Positions 34,301 to 64,000 of a stretch of 64,000 nucleotides of DNA are shown here, piece after piece. This DNA is from an uncultured Holophagales bacterium (GTDB lineage: Bacteria > Acidobacteriota > Thermoanaerobaculia > Multivoradales > UBA5704): assembly GCA_963842525.1 (NCBI GenBank), contig CAWJGT010000003.1, positions 512,001-576,000 on the forward strand, in the 5' to 3' direction. The notes under the pieces were generated by a model. That model was not told where the DNA came from, did not search any database, and saw nothing but the letters and a program-made list of their open reading frames with translations. A program made the translations under genes and the position numbers. The stretch's first letter is position 1. Each line of letters starts with the position of its first letter.

Positions 34301-37300
34301 GGATCCGGCCCTGGGCCCTGATCGGCCACAGCGTCGGCGAATATGTCGCCGCCTGCCTGGCCGGCGTCCTCTCCCTCGACGACGCCCTGCTGCTGGTCGC
34401 CGCGCGCGGCGAGCTGATGCAGGGGCTGCCGGCCGGGGCGATGCTCTCCGTCGACCTCGCGGAGAGCGAGCTCCTGCCGCTGCTCGGCCCCGACCTCGCC
34501 CTGGCCGCCGTCAATGGGCCATCCCTGTGCGTGGCGTCCGGTCCCGAGGAGACGATCGACGTGCTCGAAGCCCGCCTCGCGGAGCGCGACGTCCCCTGCC
34601 GCCGGCTCCACACCTCCCATGCCTTCCACTCCGGGATGATGGACCCGGTCCTCGCGCCCTTCGAGGAGACCTTGCGGCAGGTAGCTCTCAAGCCGCCGGC
34701 GATCCCCTACCTGTCCAACCTGACGGGGACCTGGATCACGGCGGCCGAGGCCACCGATCCCGCCTACTGGGTGAGACACCTGCGAGAGACCGTCCGCTTC
34801 GGAGAGGGGATCGCCCATCTGCTCGCCGAGCGGAGCGCCGTGCTGCTCGAGGTCGGCCCCGGACGGACGCTCGGCAGCCTGGCCCGGCGGCAGGCCGAGC
34901 CCGGCACCGGCCGCACCGTCGTCGCCTCCGCCCGTCATCCCCAGGACGGCGAGCACGACGCGGCCGTGCTGCTCGAGGCCGTCGGCCGCCTCTGGCTCGC
35001 CGGTCTCGAGATCGACTGGAGCGCCTTCCGCGCCGGCGAGCGCCGGCTGCGGCTCCCGCTACCCACCTACCCCTTCCAGCGTCGTCGCTTCTGGATCGAT
35101 CCGGCCCGGCCGGGGAGCGCTCCGAGCACGGCGAGCCGGTCCGCTGCCGAATGGTTCTACGAGCCGTCCTGGAAGGCTGCGGCCAGCGCCGTCGCGGACG
35201 CCTTCGTGCGCTCCCACAACGAGAGCCACCAGGTGCCCTGGCTGCGGGCGAGCCTCGAGGAGTGGCTCTCCGGCGAGGAGGGAGCCGGGGTGCTGCGCCG
35301 TCTCCTCACCCTGGATCCAGCGGCGCGCGTGATCGTCCCGGCCGTTCGGCCGGAGGACAGGACGGCTCTCGCCGTCGAGGCCGGCAGCGATTCACCGGTC
35401 CGCCGGGAGGAGGCGCTCCTGCCCGGCCATGCGCGCCCGGACCTCGCGACCCCCTACCAGGCTCCGGAGGGCGAGGTGGAGAAGCAGCTCGCCGGGATCT
35501 GGCAGGAGCTCCTGGGTGTCGAGCGCATAGGCGCCTGCGATGACTTCTTCGAGCTGGGCGGCCATTCGCTCCTCGCCATCCGCCTGCTGTCCCGCATCCG
35601 GCAGACGCTGAGCGCGGAGGTCTCCCTGGACGCCATTTTCGAGGCGGCCACGATCCGGGAGCTGGCCACCCTGGTGGCGGCCGCGGGGAGCGACGATCGA
35701 AAGCTACGGATGCCGGCCATCCTGGCGGTCCCGCGCGACGGGGCCCTTCCCCTCTCCTTCTCCCAGCAGCGGCTGTGGTTCCTCGACCAGCTCGATCCCG
35801 AGAGCTGGGCCTACAACATTCCCCTGGCGGTGGGGGTCCGCGGAGCCCTCGACGCAGCGGCTATGGAGAAGGCCCTGCGCGAGATCGTGCGCCGGCACGA
35901 GGCCCTGCGGACGACGTTCTGGACCGTCGAAGGCGAGCCGGTGCAGAGGATCGCGCCCGAGCTGTCGCTCCGCCTGCCGGTCGTCGACCTGTCGGGTCTG
36001 CCCGCGCCGGCGCGGAATACCGAGTCCCGGGTCCTGGTGCGCCGAGAGGCGCGTCAGCCTTTCGACCTTGCCGCAGGGCCGCTGCTGCGCTCGACCCTGG
36101 TCGAGCTCGGCCGGGAGGAGCGCCTCGCGTTCTTGACGATGCACCACATCGTCGGAGACGCCTGGTCGATCGGCCTGCTCGTGCGCGAGCTGGGGATCCT
36201 GTACGAAGCCTTCTCGCAGGGCCGTCCCTCGCCCCTTCCGGAAGCTCGCGGTCCAGTACGCCGACTTCGCCTCCTGGCAACGGCAGTGGCTCTCCGGCGC
36301 GGTGCTCGAGGAGGAGCTGGCCTACTGGAGGGAGCACCTGGACGGCTCGGCTCCGGCGCTGGACCTGCCCTTCGACCGGCCGCGGCCGGCGGTCCCGACC
36401 TTCGTGGGGGACAGCCGCCCGTTCTATCTGCCGGAGGAGCTGGCCGGCCGCATCCGCGCCTTCTCCCAGGAGCAAGGGGCGACGCTCTTCATGACCCTGC
36501 TGGCGGCCTTCCAGGTGCTCCTCTCCCGCACCTGCGGGCAGACCGACATCTCGGTCGGGACTCCTGTCGCGGGCCGCAATCATCTGCAGACCGAGGACCT
36601 GATCGGGTTCTTCGTCAATACCCTGGTGCTGCGGACCGACCTCGCCGGCGATCCCACCCTGCGGGAGCTGCTGGGCCGGGTGCGGAGCGTGGCCCTGGGG
36701 GCCTACTCCCATCAGGAGCTGCCGTTCGAGCTGCTGGTCGAGGAGCTGCAGCCGGTGCGCAGCCTCAATCAATCACCCCTGTTCCAGGTGATGCTCGTCC
36801 TGCAGAACGCGCCGGCCGCGACGCTCCAGGCCCGGAGCATCACCCTGGAATCGCTGCCGCTGGAGACGGGGACGGCCCGGTTCGACCTCACGATCGCGGT
36901 GGTCGAGACGCGCGGCGGCGTCTTCGGGTCCCTGGAGCACAACACCGACCTGTTCGACGGCACCACGGCGCAGCGCATGGTGCAGCACTTCGAGGCTCGC
37001 GTTGCGGGGCCTGGTCGAAGGCCCGGAACGCCGGCTCTCGGAGCTGCCGCTGCTGACGGAAGGTGAGCGGGCGCAACTGCTCGCGGAGTGGAACGACACC
37101 GGCGCCGAGCCGGCCTGGGAGGGTCCCGTCCACGAGCTCTTCGCACGATGCGCCGAGCGGTATCCGACCACCGAAGCCCTGATCTTCGAGGGGACGACGC
37201 TGACGTACGGCGAGCTGAGCCGAAGGGCCGGGCGGTTGGCCGCCTGGCTGCGCGTTCAAGGCGCGGGCCTCGAATCGCGGGTGGGTGTGTGCGTCGAGCC

Positions 37301-40300
37301 GTCGCCCGAGATGATCGTGAGCCTGCTGGGCATCCTCAAGGCAGGAGCCTCCTATGTGCCGCTCGACCCGGCCTATCCGCGGGAGCGCCTGGTGAGGATG
37401 CTTGAGGACTCCGGCGTCGAGCTGCTGCTGACCCAGGAGCGCTTCCGGTCCACCTTGCCCGGCAAGGCGGCCCTGCTGTGCCTGGATTCGGAGTGGGGCG
37501 TGGTGGAGGCGATGGGGCCTGAGATGGCCCAGACGGAGCAGGTGACGGCGAAGAGCGCGGCCTACATGATCTACACCTCCGGCTCCACGGGCACGCCCAA
37601 GGGTGTAGTGGCGGTGCACGGCGGCCTGGCCAGCTTCACGCGCTCCATGGTGGAGGCCCTGGCGCTCGCGCCCGGAGACCGGGTGCTCCAGTTCGCCTCG
37701 CTGAGCTTCGACGCTTCGGCGGTGCAGATCTTCCCGACCCTGGCGAGCGGAGCGGCCCTGGTGCTGCACCGCAACCCGCGTGCCCTCTCCACGCGCGAGC
37801 TCCTGGAGCTCTGCTCGGCGACGAGGGTGACGGTGCTCGACCTGCCGGCCGCCCTGTGGCGCCAGTGGGTCGGCGAGGGGATGGAGAGCGAGATCGCGGC
37901 TCCGATCCGCATGTACATGACGGGAGGCGAGGCGGTGCCGGCGCCGGTGCTGCGGGCCTGGGCGAGCCGGATGGAGCCAGCGGTGGGTTTCCTCAGCTCC
38001 TATGGTCCGACCGAGGCGACCGTCACTTCCACGGTCTTCCAGACGACGAGCGGCGAGGTGGACCGGCTCGCCCTCCCGGAGGTGCCGCTCGGCCGGCCGC
38101 TGCCCGGGACCGGGCTCTATCTGTTGGACGGCGGCCTCCAGCCTGTCCCGGTCGGCGTCCTCGGCGAGGTCTTTCTCGCCGGGGCAGGGGTGACGAGGGG
38201 ATACCTCCATCATCCGGGCCTGACGGCAGAGCGCTACCTGCCGGATCCATGGTCCGGGGAGCCCGGAGCGCGCGTGTACCGCGCGGGAGACCTGGCGCGC
38301 CGCCTGCCGGACGGGAGCCTTCAGTTCGCCGGGCGCCGCGATCAGCAGGTCAAGTTGCGCGGGTACCGGGTGGAGCTGGGAGAGATCGAGGCCTCCCTCG
38401 GGGCCTGCCCTGGGGTCCGGGAGAAGGTGGTGGTAGTGCGCGGAGAGGCGGCAGGAGACAGGCGCCTGGTGGCCTATGTGGTGCCGGAGCGACCGGACGA
38501 GCTGTCGGCGGAGGATCTGCTCGCCATGCTGCGGACGATGCTGCCGGCCCATATGGTCCCATCGTCCCTCGTCCTGCTCCCCCAGCTACCGCTGACGCCG
38601 AGCGGCAAGATCGACCGCAAGGCGCTGCCCGCTTTCGACGCCTCTTCGCTGCCACAGCAGCGGCAGGAGATCGGCCCGGTAAGGACGAAGCAGGAGATCG
38701 TCCCGGCACAGACGCAACTGGAGCTCGATCTCGTCCATCTCTGGGAAGAGCTGCTGGATGTGCGGCCGATCGGGATCCATGACAACTTCTTCGACCTTGG
38801 CGGTCACTCGCTCCTCACCGTGCGTCTCGTGGCCCAGATCGGGAAGAAGCTCGGCCGGCGCGTCCCCCTGGCGGTGCTCTTCGAAGGACCGACGATCAGC
38901 CACCTCGCGCGGCGGCTTGCGGCCGAGGAGGTGGCCCCGGCCTGGTCGCCGCTGGTGGCGATCCAGCCCGCGCACTCATTCTCGAAGCCGCCCCTGTTCT
39001 TCGTTCATCCCCTCGGCGGTGAGGTCCTGGCCTATTACCACCTGGCCCGGCACCTGGGCACGGACCAGCCGTTCTACGCCCTCCAGGCCGCGACGCTGCA
39101 CCACCAGGGAGGCGAGCCGCACCCCTCCATCGAGGAGATGGCGGCTCGCTATCTCGCGGAGGTGCGGAAGGTCCAGCCGCAGGGCTCCTACATGCTGGGA
39201 GGCTCCTCGTTCGGTGGTCTGGTCGCCTTCGAGATGGCCCAGCAGCTCCGCGGGCAAGGAGAGAAGGTTGCCCTTCTCGCCATGCTCGATACCCCGGTTC
39301 CGGTGAACGAGCCCGAGCTCTTCGACCTCGACTCCGCAGCCCTCATCCCCGCGCTGCTGCGCCAGCAGGCTCGGGGCCACGGCCGAGAGCTCCGCCTGAC
39401 CCCCAACGAGCTGCGAGGCCTTCTCCTGGAAGAGCAGGTCGATCTGGCTCTGGGGAGGGCGAAGGAAGCTGGAATCCTTGGCGGGGAGATCGACGCGGCT
39501 CTGCTGCACCGCTTCATCCGGGGCTACGAGCCGAGGATGCGGGCGATGCAACGCTACCGGGCCCGCCCCTATCCGGGCTCGATCGACCTGTTCCGTCCCC
39601 ATGAGTTGGACCCCGAGGAGCTGAGACACGCTTCCGCCGAGCGGCGGAAGCGGCTCGCGGACCCGGCCCTCGGCTGGGGTGCGTTCGCCGCCGGGGGGGT
39701 GGAGGTCTGCTACGTCCCCGGCCAGCACGAGACCATGACCGCCGAGCCTCACGTTCGCGAGCTCGCCAAGGCCCTGAAATCCCGCATCGGGCAGGTTGCC
39801 GAGGCCGAGGCCGCAGCCCCGAGGCTCTCTTTGACAGAGCAGAGGCGCAGGGGATCGACCCGCAGCTCGAGTCCTGAGGGGCTTAACAGCATCAAGAAGA
39901 TCGGAATGATCAACTGCTTTTTTGGCGCATGGCCGGGGTGGGCTGATCTGTTCATCGAAAGCTGTCGGTTCAATCCTACAGTCGATTTCTTTCTGGTCAG
40001 CGATTGTGCAGCCCCCCGGTGGGGAATTCCCCCCAACGTCAAGATCATCGACCTCGATCTGCAACAGTTCAGCAGGCGCGCGTCGGAGAGGCTGGGCCTG
40101 GAGATCCATCTCTCCAAGCCTTATAAGTTGAACGATTTCAAGCCATTCTGGGGAGTCATCTTCGAAGAGTACATCAAGGATTACGACTTCTGGGGATTCT
40201 GCGACCTGGACATCATCTTCGGAGACATTCGTGCATTCATGACCGACGAGCTCCTGGACAAGTACGACGTCATCGCGAGCCGGCGGGAGTTCATCACCGG

Positions 40301-40886
40301 ACACTTCCTGCTCTTCAGGAATACCGATGAGATCAGGCATCTGTATAAGAGGAGCTCGGACTGGCAGTGGGTCGCCACGAGCGAAGAGTTCTTGGTCTTT
40401 GAGGAATGCGGAATAGGACTTCATCCCAGACTCCTCCAAGGGGCCAGCTTTTCTGACCTGGCACCCGAGGGAGTCGTCGACAGCATGATGCACGTTCTCG
40501 CGCGTTCTCCTGAAATCCGTGTCCACCGGGAAACGATCTGCGGTGAACAGTTGTTCATATTAATCGGTGGCAATGCGGACAAAGCCCTGAAGATCCGTTG
40601 GGAGAGTGGAAAGATCTTTGATCTCATGGCCGATAAGGAGCTCATATACTTCCACTTCCTGTACCTGAAGTCTGAGGGCAGGCTCTTCCTTCCGCAATGG
40701 GAGACTATGCCTCCTGTCTTTCTGCTGACCCGGCGGGGGTTTTTTTGGGTAGGTCAACAAAAGCTGGGGCAGCGCCTCGAAAGCTCTTTCGATCGTGCTC
40801 TCTACTTTCTCCGGCGGTCTCTCCCGCTTGCGCCGAAACTTCTCAAGCGGCGGTTCTACAGGATCCTTGGAGGATTGAAGAAATGA
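15042..40886 (+). CDS. Hybrid NRPS-PKS megasynthetase (~8,600 aa if six single-base insertions are removed): I/C*-A(Gln)-T-C-A(Cys-clade)-T-E-C(DCL)-A(Ser)-T-C-A(Val)-T-C-A(Ser)-T-KS-AT-ACP-C-A(unknown)-T-TE-DUF6625-like
   Basis: ORFs 15042, 17170, 29699, 30285, 31483, 36302 and 37002 each advance the frame by +1. The breaks fall inside domains and mostly inside conserved motifs ([17 protein letters not shown] twice, RDLSRSPLFQ, GELYI). RBS GGAG precedes ATG 15042. Codes: DAWQFGLIDK, DLYDFSLVWK, DVWHISLVDK, DALWLGGTFK, DVWHISLVDK, DAVDMGSVTK. Confidence 0.88.
21440..22790 (+). other. Epimerization (E) domain followed by a DCL-type C domain
   Basis: Upstream T has GGDSI. Motifs [49 protein letters not shown]. 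The downstream C has HHILLDGWS and FENYP. Confidence 0.92.
32475..35680 (+). other. Embedded type I PKS module KS-AT(malonyl)-ACP with no intact reductive domain
   Basis: [21 protein letters not shown] (catalytic Cys), EAHGTAT, KTNLGHL; AT GHSVGE and HAFH; carrier GGHSLL. Confidence 0.93.
38990..39790 (+). other. Type I thioesterase domain
   Basis: [16 protein letters not shown] nucleophile elbow and C-terminal PGQHETM, directly after the last T domain. Confidence 0.92.
39891..40886 (+). CDS. DUF6625-like, DxD-motif glycosyltransferase-like protein or domain. In frame with the NRPS TE as assembled, but possibly a separate gene.
   Basis: [16 protein letters not shown]...[10 protein letters not shown]...[35 protein letters not shown] resembles, from recall, DUF6625 proteins of polysaccharide loci. 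The region is visibly more AT-rich than the NRPS. The family call needs HMM confirmation. Confidence 0.7.
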   Translation: MKKIGMINCFFGAWPGWADLFIESCRFNPTVDFFLVSDCAAPRWGIPPNVKIIDLDLQQFSRRASERLGLEIHLSKPYKLNDFKPFWGVIFEEYIKDYDFWGFCDLDIIFGDIRAFMTDELLDKYDVIASRREFITGHFLLFRNTDEIRHLYKRSSDWQWVATSEEFLVFEECGIGLHPRLLQGASFSDLAPEGVVDSMMHVLARSPEIRVHRETICGEQLFILIGGNADKALKIRWESGKIFDLMADKELIYFHFLYLKSEGRLFLPQWETMPPVFLLTRRGFFWVGQQKLGQRLESSFDRALYFLRRSLPLAPKLLKRRFYRILGGLKK

Positions 40887-43297
40887 GAGATTTGCTGCAA
40901 GACGCCCGCTACGGATTGCGCAGGCTGTGGCAAGCTCCGGGGTTTACCGGGGCCGTGATGCTGGTGCTGGCTCTCGGCATTGGCGCCACGACGGCGATCT
41001 TCAGCGTGCTCGATGCCGCCCTGCTGCGGCCGCTGCCCTACCCCGAGCCCGAGCGACTGGTCGCGGTCTACGACCTGCAAGGGCAGGAGGAGGCGCCGGC
41101 CTCGTCCGCCGAATACCTCGACTGGAAGCGGGACACGGAGGTCTTCAGCGACTTCGGCGCGTACTTCATGATAGCGCTTGCGCTGACCGGTGAGGGTGAG
41201 CCGGAGATGGTCCGGGTCGTGCGGATGTCGGCCAGCGTGCCGCGGATGCTGGGCGCCCTGCCGCGTGTCGGGCGCGCGTTTGCGCCGGGCGAGGATGCGC
41301 TGGAGGCCGAGCGCGTCGTGATGTTGAGCGAAGCGCTGTGGCGGCGCCGCTTCGACGGCGACCAGAAGATCGTCGGCCGTGCCGTCACACTGGGAGATGA
41401 ACCGTACACGGTGATCGGCATCATCCCCCCAGGCCGGCGTTCGACCGTTCCGGCCGACCTGGCGGCGGCGCAGGAGATCGATGTATGGATTCCCCTGCGG
41501 CTCGAGCCGGAACGCATGCCGCGTAACCTGCACTTCATCAACGTGGTCGGACGGCTGCGCCCCGGGCTCGCCCTCGCGCAAGCCGAGGAGCGCATTGCGG
41601 CGTTGGCTCACCGGCTCCGGGAGAGCAAGGTGACGGACCATGGTATCCGCCTCGTCCGGCTGGAACGTATCGTGATCGGCGACGCGCGGCCGCTCCTCGC
41701 CGCCCTGGCTGGCGCGGTGGGCATGGTGCTCCTCATTGCCTGTACAAACGTGGCGAACCTGCTGCTGGCGCGCTCGGCGGTACGGCGGCGCGAGATCGCC
41801 ATCCGCGCGGCGCTCGGCGCGGCGCGCGGCCGCCTCGTACGGCAGCTCATGGTCGAGAGCCTTCTCCTGGCGTTGCTCGGCGGCGGTGCCAGCGTGCTCG
41901 TCGCATGGGGCGGCGTGGCCGCCCTCCGCAGGCTTGGCCCCGCCGGTATGCCGCGGCTCGCCGAGGCCGCGGTGGATGCGCGCATGCTGGGTTTCGCGCT
42001 GCTCCTTGCGCTGGTCACCGGCCTGCTCTTCGGCCTGCTCCCCGCGTGGCGCGCCTCGCGCGCCGACCTCGCCGAGGTGATGAAGACCGGCGCGCCGGGC
42101 GCCAGCGGAGGCCTCGCTCGCAGCCGTCTGCGCGGCGCGCTCATCGTGGCCGAGGTGGCGCTCTCGTTCGCTTTGCTCATCGGCGCCGGCCTGATGATCC
42201 GCAGCTTCGGCCGGCTGCTCGCGGTCGACAAGGGCTTCAACGCTGAGCGCGTGCTCAGCACCTCGGTCTCCTTGCCGTTCACCCGCTATCCCGAGCCGTA
42301 CCAGCAGGCCGCGTTCTTCCGCGAGCTCTGCGAGCGCGTAGCGGCGCTTCCGGGAGTCCAGTCTGCGGCCTTTGCCAGCAGCGTGCCCCTGGCGGGAGAT
42401 GTCAGCGGCGTAGTCCTCATCGAGGGCCGCACCTTTCCGCCGGACGCGCGACCGGTCGCCCAGAAGCGGATCGCCTCGCCGGGCTACTTCGCAGCGCTGC
42501 GCACACCGGTCCTCTCCGGGCGCGTCTTCGAGGACAAGGACGCCGCCGGCGCGCCGCCGGTGGTCGTCATCAACCAGGCCTTCGCGCGACGCTACTTCCC
42601 CGGCGAGAGCCCGCTCGGCAAGCGGGTCGATTTCGCGTGGGAGACCACCGGGATGGGGATGCAGGAGATCGTCGGCGTGGTCGCGGATATGCGGGAGCTG
42701 GCGCTCCACGAGCCGGCCGAGCCGACGATCTACATCCCGCAGGCGCAACGCCCGTCGAGTTGGGGCTATCTCATTGTGCGTACGACCCGAGATCCCATGG
42801 GCATGGTCTCCGCACTGCGCCGGGCGGTGACCTCGCTCGATCGCAACCTGCCGATCGCCCAGGTGCGCACGTTGGAGGAGCTGGTGGCCCAGGGGCTCGC
42901 GGAGCGCCGGCTCGCGATGTCCCTTTTCGGCGTCTTTTCCGCATTGTCGCTGGTGCTCGCCGCTTTAGGTCTTTATGCCGTCATCAGCTACATGGTGATG
43001 CAACGGCGGCAGGAGATTGGCATCCGGATGGCGCTCGGCGCGCGCACCGAGCACGTTCTGCGCGGGGTGCTGGGCCAGGGGCTGGCGCTGATCGCGGCCG
43101 GTGCGGCCCTCGGCGCGCTCGCCGCCCTATGGCTCGGGCGATTCCTCTCTGGGCTCATCTTCGGCGTCGGCACCACCGACCCCGCCACCTTCGCGGGTGT
43201 AGCGCTCCTGCTCGTGGCGACCGCTCTCCTGGCGAGCCTGGTGCCCGCGCTGCGCGCCGCCCGCCTCGATCCGGCGAGCGTGTTGCGTAGCGAGTAG
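40883..43297 (+). CDS. ADOP-family (acidobacterial duplicated orphan permease; MacB/FtsX-like) ABC transporter permease, 804 aa
   Basis: [61 protein letters not shown], and a second FtsX repeat [16 protein letters not shown] 40883 overlaps the upstream TGA (ATGA) and has GGAGG upstream. Confidence 0.92.
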   Translation: MRDLLQDARYGLRRLWQAPGFTGAVMLVLALGIGATTAIFSVLDAALLRPLPYPEPERLVAVYDLQGQEEAPASSAEYLDWKRDTEVFSDFGAYFMIALALTGEGEPEMVRVVRMSASVPRMLGALPRVGRAFAPGEDALEAERVVMLSEALWRRRFDGDQKIVGRAVTLGDEPYTVIGIIPPGRRSTVPADLAAAQEIDVWIPLRLEPERMPRNLHFINVVGRLRPGLALAQAEERIAALAHRLRESKVTDHGIRLVRLERIVIGDARPLLAALAGAVGMVLLIACTNVANLLLARSAVRRREIAIRAALGAARGRLVRQLMVESLLLALLGGGASVLVAWGGVAALRRLGPAGMPRLAEAAVDARMLGFALLLALVTGLLFGLLPAWRASRADLAEVMKTGAPGASGGLARSRLRGALIVAEVALSFALLIGAGLMIRSFGRLLAVDKGFNAERVLSTSVSLPFTRYPEPYQQAAFFRELCERVAALPGVQSAAFASSVPLAGDVSGVVLIEGRTFPPDARPVAQKRIASPGYFAALRTPVLSGRVFEDKDAAGAPPVVVINQAFARRYFPGESPLGKRVDFAWETTGMGMQEIVGVVADMRELALHEPAEPTIYIPQAQRPSSWGYLIVRTTRDPMGMVSALRRAVTSLDRNLPIAQVRTLEELVAQGLAERRLAMSLFGVFSALSLVLAALGLYAVISYMVMQRRQEIGIRMALGARTEHVLRGVLGQGLALIAAGAALGALAALWLGRFLSGLIFGVGTTDPATFAGVALLLVATALLASLVPALRAARLDPASVLRSE

Positions 43298-43330
43298 ACC
43301 CCTATCCGCGCGTGCGCCCTGATGGCTTCG

Positions 43331-43658
43331 TGACTCGCGGTCCCGGCGATTGGGGCCGCGGTCCGCGCGACCGGGACCGCGAAACCGCACTGTGGACCTG
43401 CGGTCCCTGCCAAGCGGACCTCGGGTCCTACCAGATGACCTGATGCCCTGCGTTGCGGGCCGCGGTCCCTCTGACAGGGACCCCCGGTCCGCACAGGAGG
43501 ACCGCGGTCCCTCTCACACGGACCGGAAGTCCAGGGCCGCGTTTTTCAAAACCGCTGATGGGGACCGCGGCCCGCGCGACTGGGGCCTTCGGTCCGCGCC
43601 GGGGGCTCGCGAGCCCACAGGCTCCGGCATCGCTGGCTTCGACACGGCGCGCGGTCCG
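43331..43658. repeat. Intergenic tandem array, ~21-bp period, degenerate palindromic core GGGACCGCGGTCCC, about 16 positions
   Basis: Cores start near 43331, 43352, 43373, 43394, 43415, 43436, 43456, 43477, 43498, 43519, 43561, 43582, 43603 and 43645, with ~7-nt variable linkers. The array lies between two convergent stop codons. Confidence 0.85.
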
Positions 43659-43682
43659 GTCTCTGGAGCGGCGGCTCTGTTT

Positions 43683-64000
<20,318 letters not shown>

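Noticed and set aside
15042-37066. Seven separate genes, a decayed pseudogene, or programmed ribosomal frameshifting
   Set aside because: Breaks fall mid-domain, are all +1 and mostly at one hexamer, with no in-frame stops or motif decay and no slippery homopolymer runs. Sequencing error is the simplest explanation, though unproven without reads.
40697-40882. Upstream start for the permease as given in the ORF track
   Set aside because: It overlaps the DUF6625-like coding region. ATG 40883 has GGAGG upstream, an ATGA overlap and the typical ADOP N-terminus.
43331-43658. CRISPR array interpretation of the 21-bp repeat
   Set aside because: Cores are 14 bp and degenerate, linkers are only ~7 nt, and no cas genes are present.

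Overview
High-GC bacterial DNA, probably Acidobacteriota (inferred from an ADOP-type permease), almost entirely filled by two giant hybrid NRPS-PKS assembly lines that meet tail-to-tail. Both run off the window edges. Plus strand: NRPS-1 (partial; C-A-T-C), NRPS-2 (half-C-A-T-C-A-T-C-A-T-C), then one megasynthetase of about 8,600 aa at 15042-40886, split by six +1 frameshifts that look like motif-specific sequencing errors. Its order is inactive C/interface-A-T-C-A-T-E-C-A-T-C-A-T-C-A-T-KS-AT-[KR relic]-ACP-C-A-T-TE, followed in frame by a DUF6625-like, DxD-containing glycosyltransferase-like domain. A translationally coupled ADOP ABC permease follows. Next comes an array of about 16 palindromic units at 21-bp spacing, then the 3' end of a minus-strand NRPS-PKS of >6,750 aa (A-T-C-A-T-E-C-A-T-C-A-T-C-A-T-KS-AT-T-R) ending in a thioester reductase. 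Most notable: the TE/DUF6625-like fusion or coupling, a duplicated terminal-C plus 'MEKVVEG' junction that could allow subunit skipping, the basic-residue-KS-AT-T-R terminus, a KR-deletion scar, palindromic insertions inside coding sequence, and the GAGCTC-centred frameshift signature. Domain boundaries are approximate and substrate calls are specificity codes read by eye.
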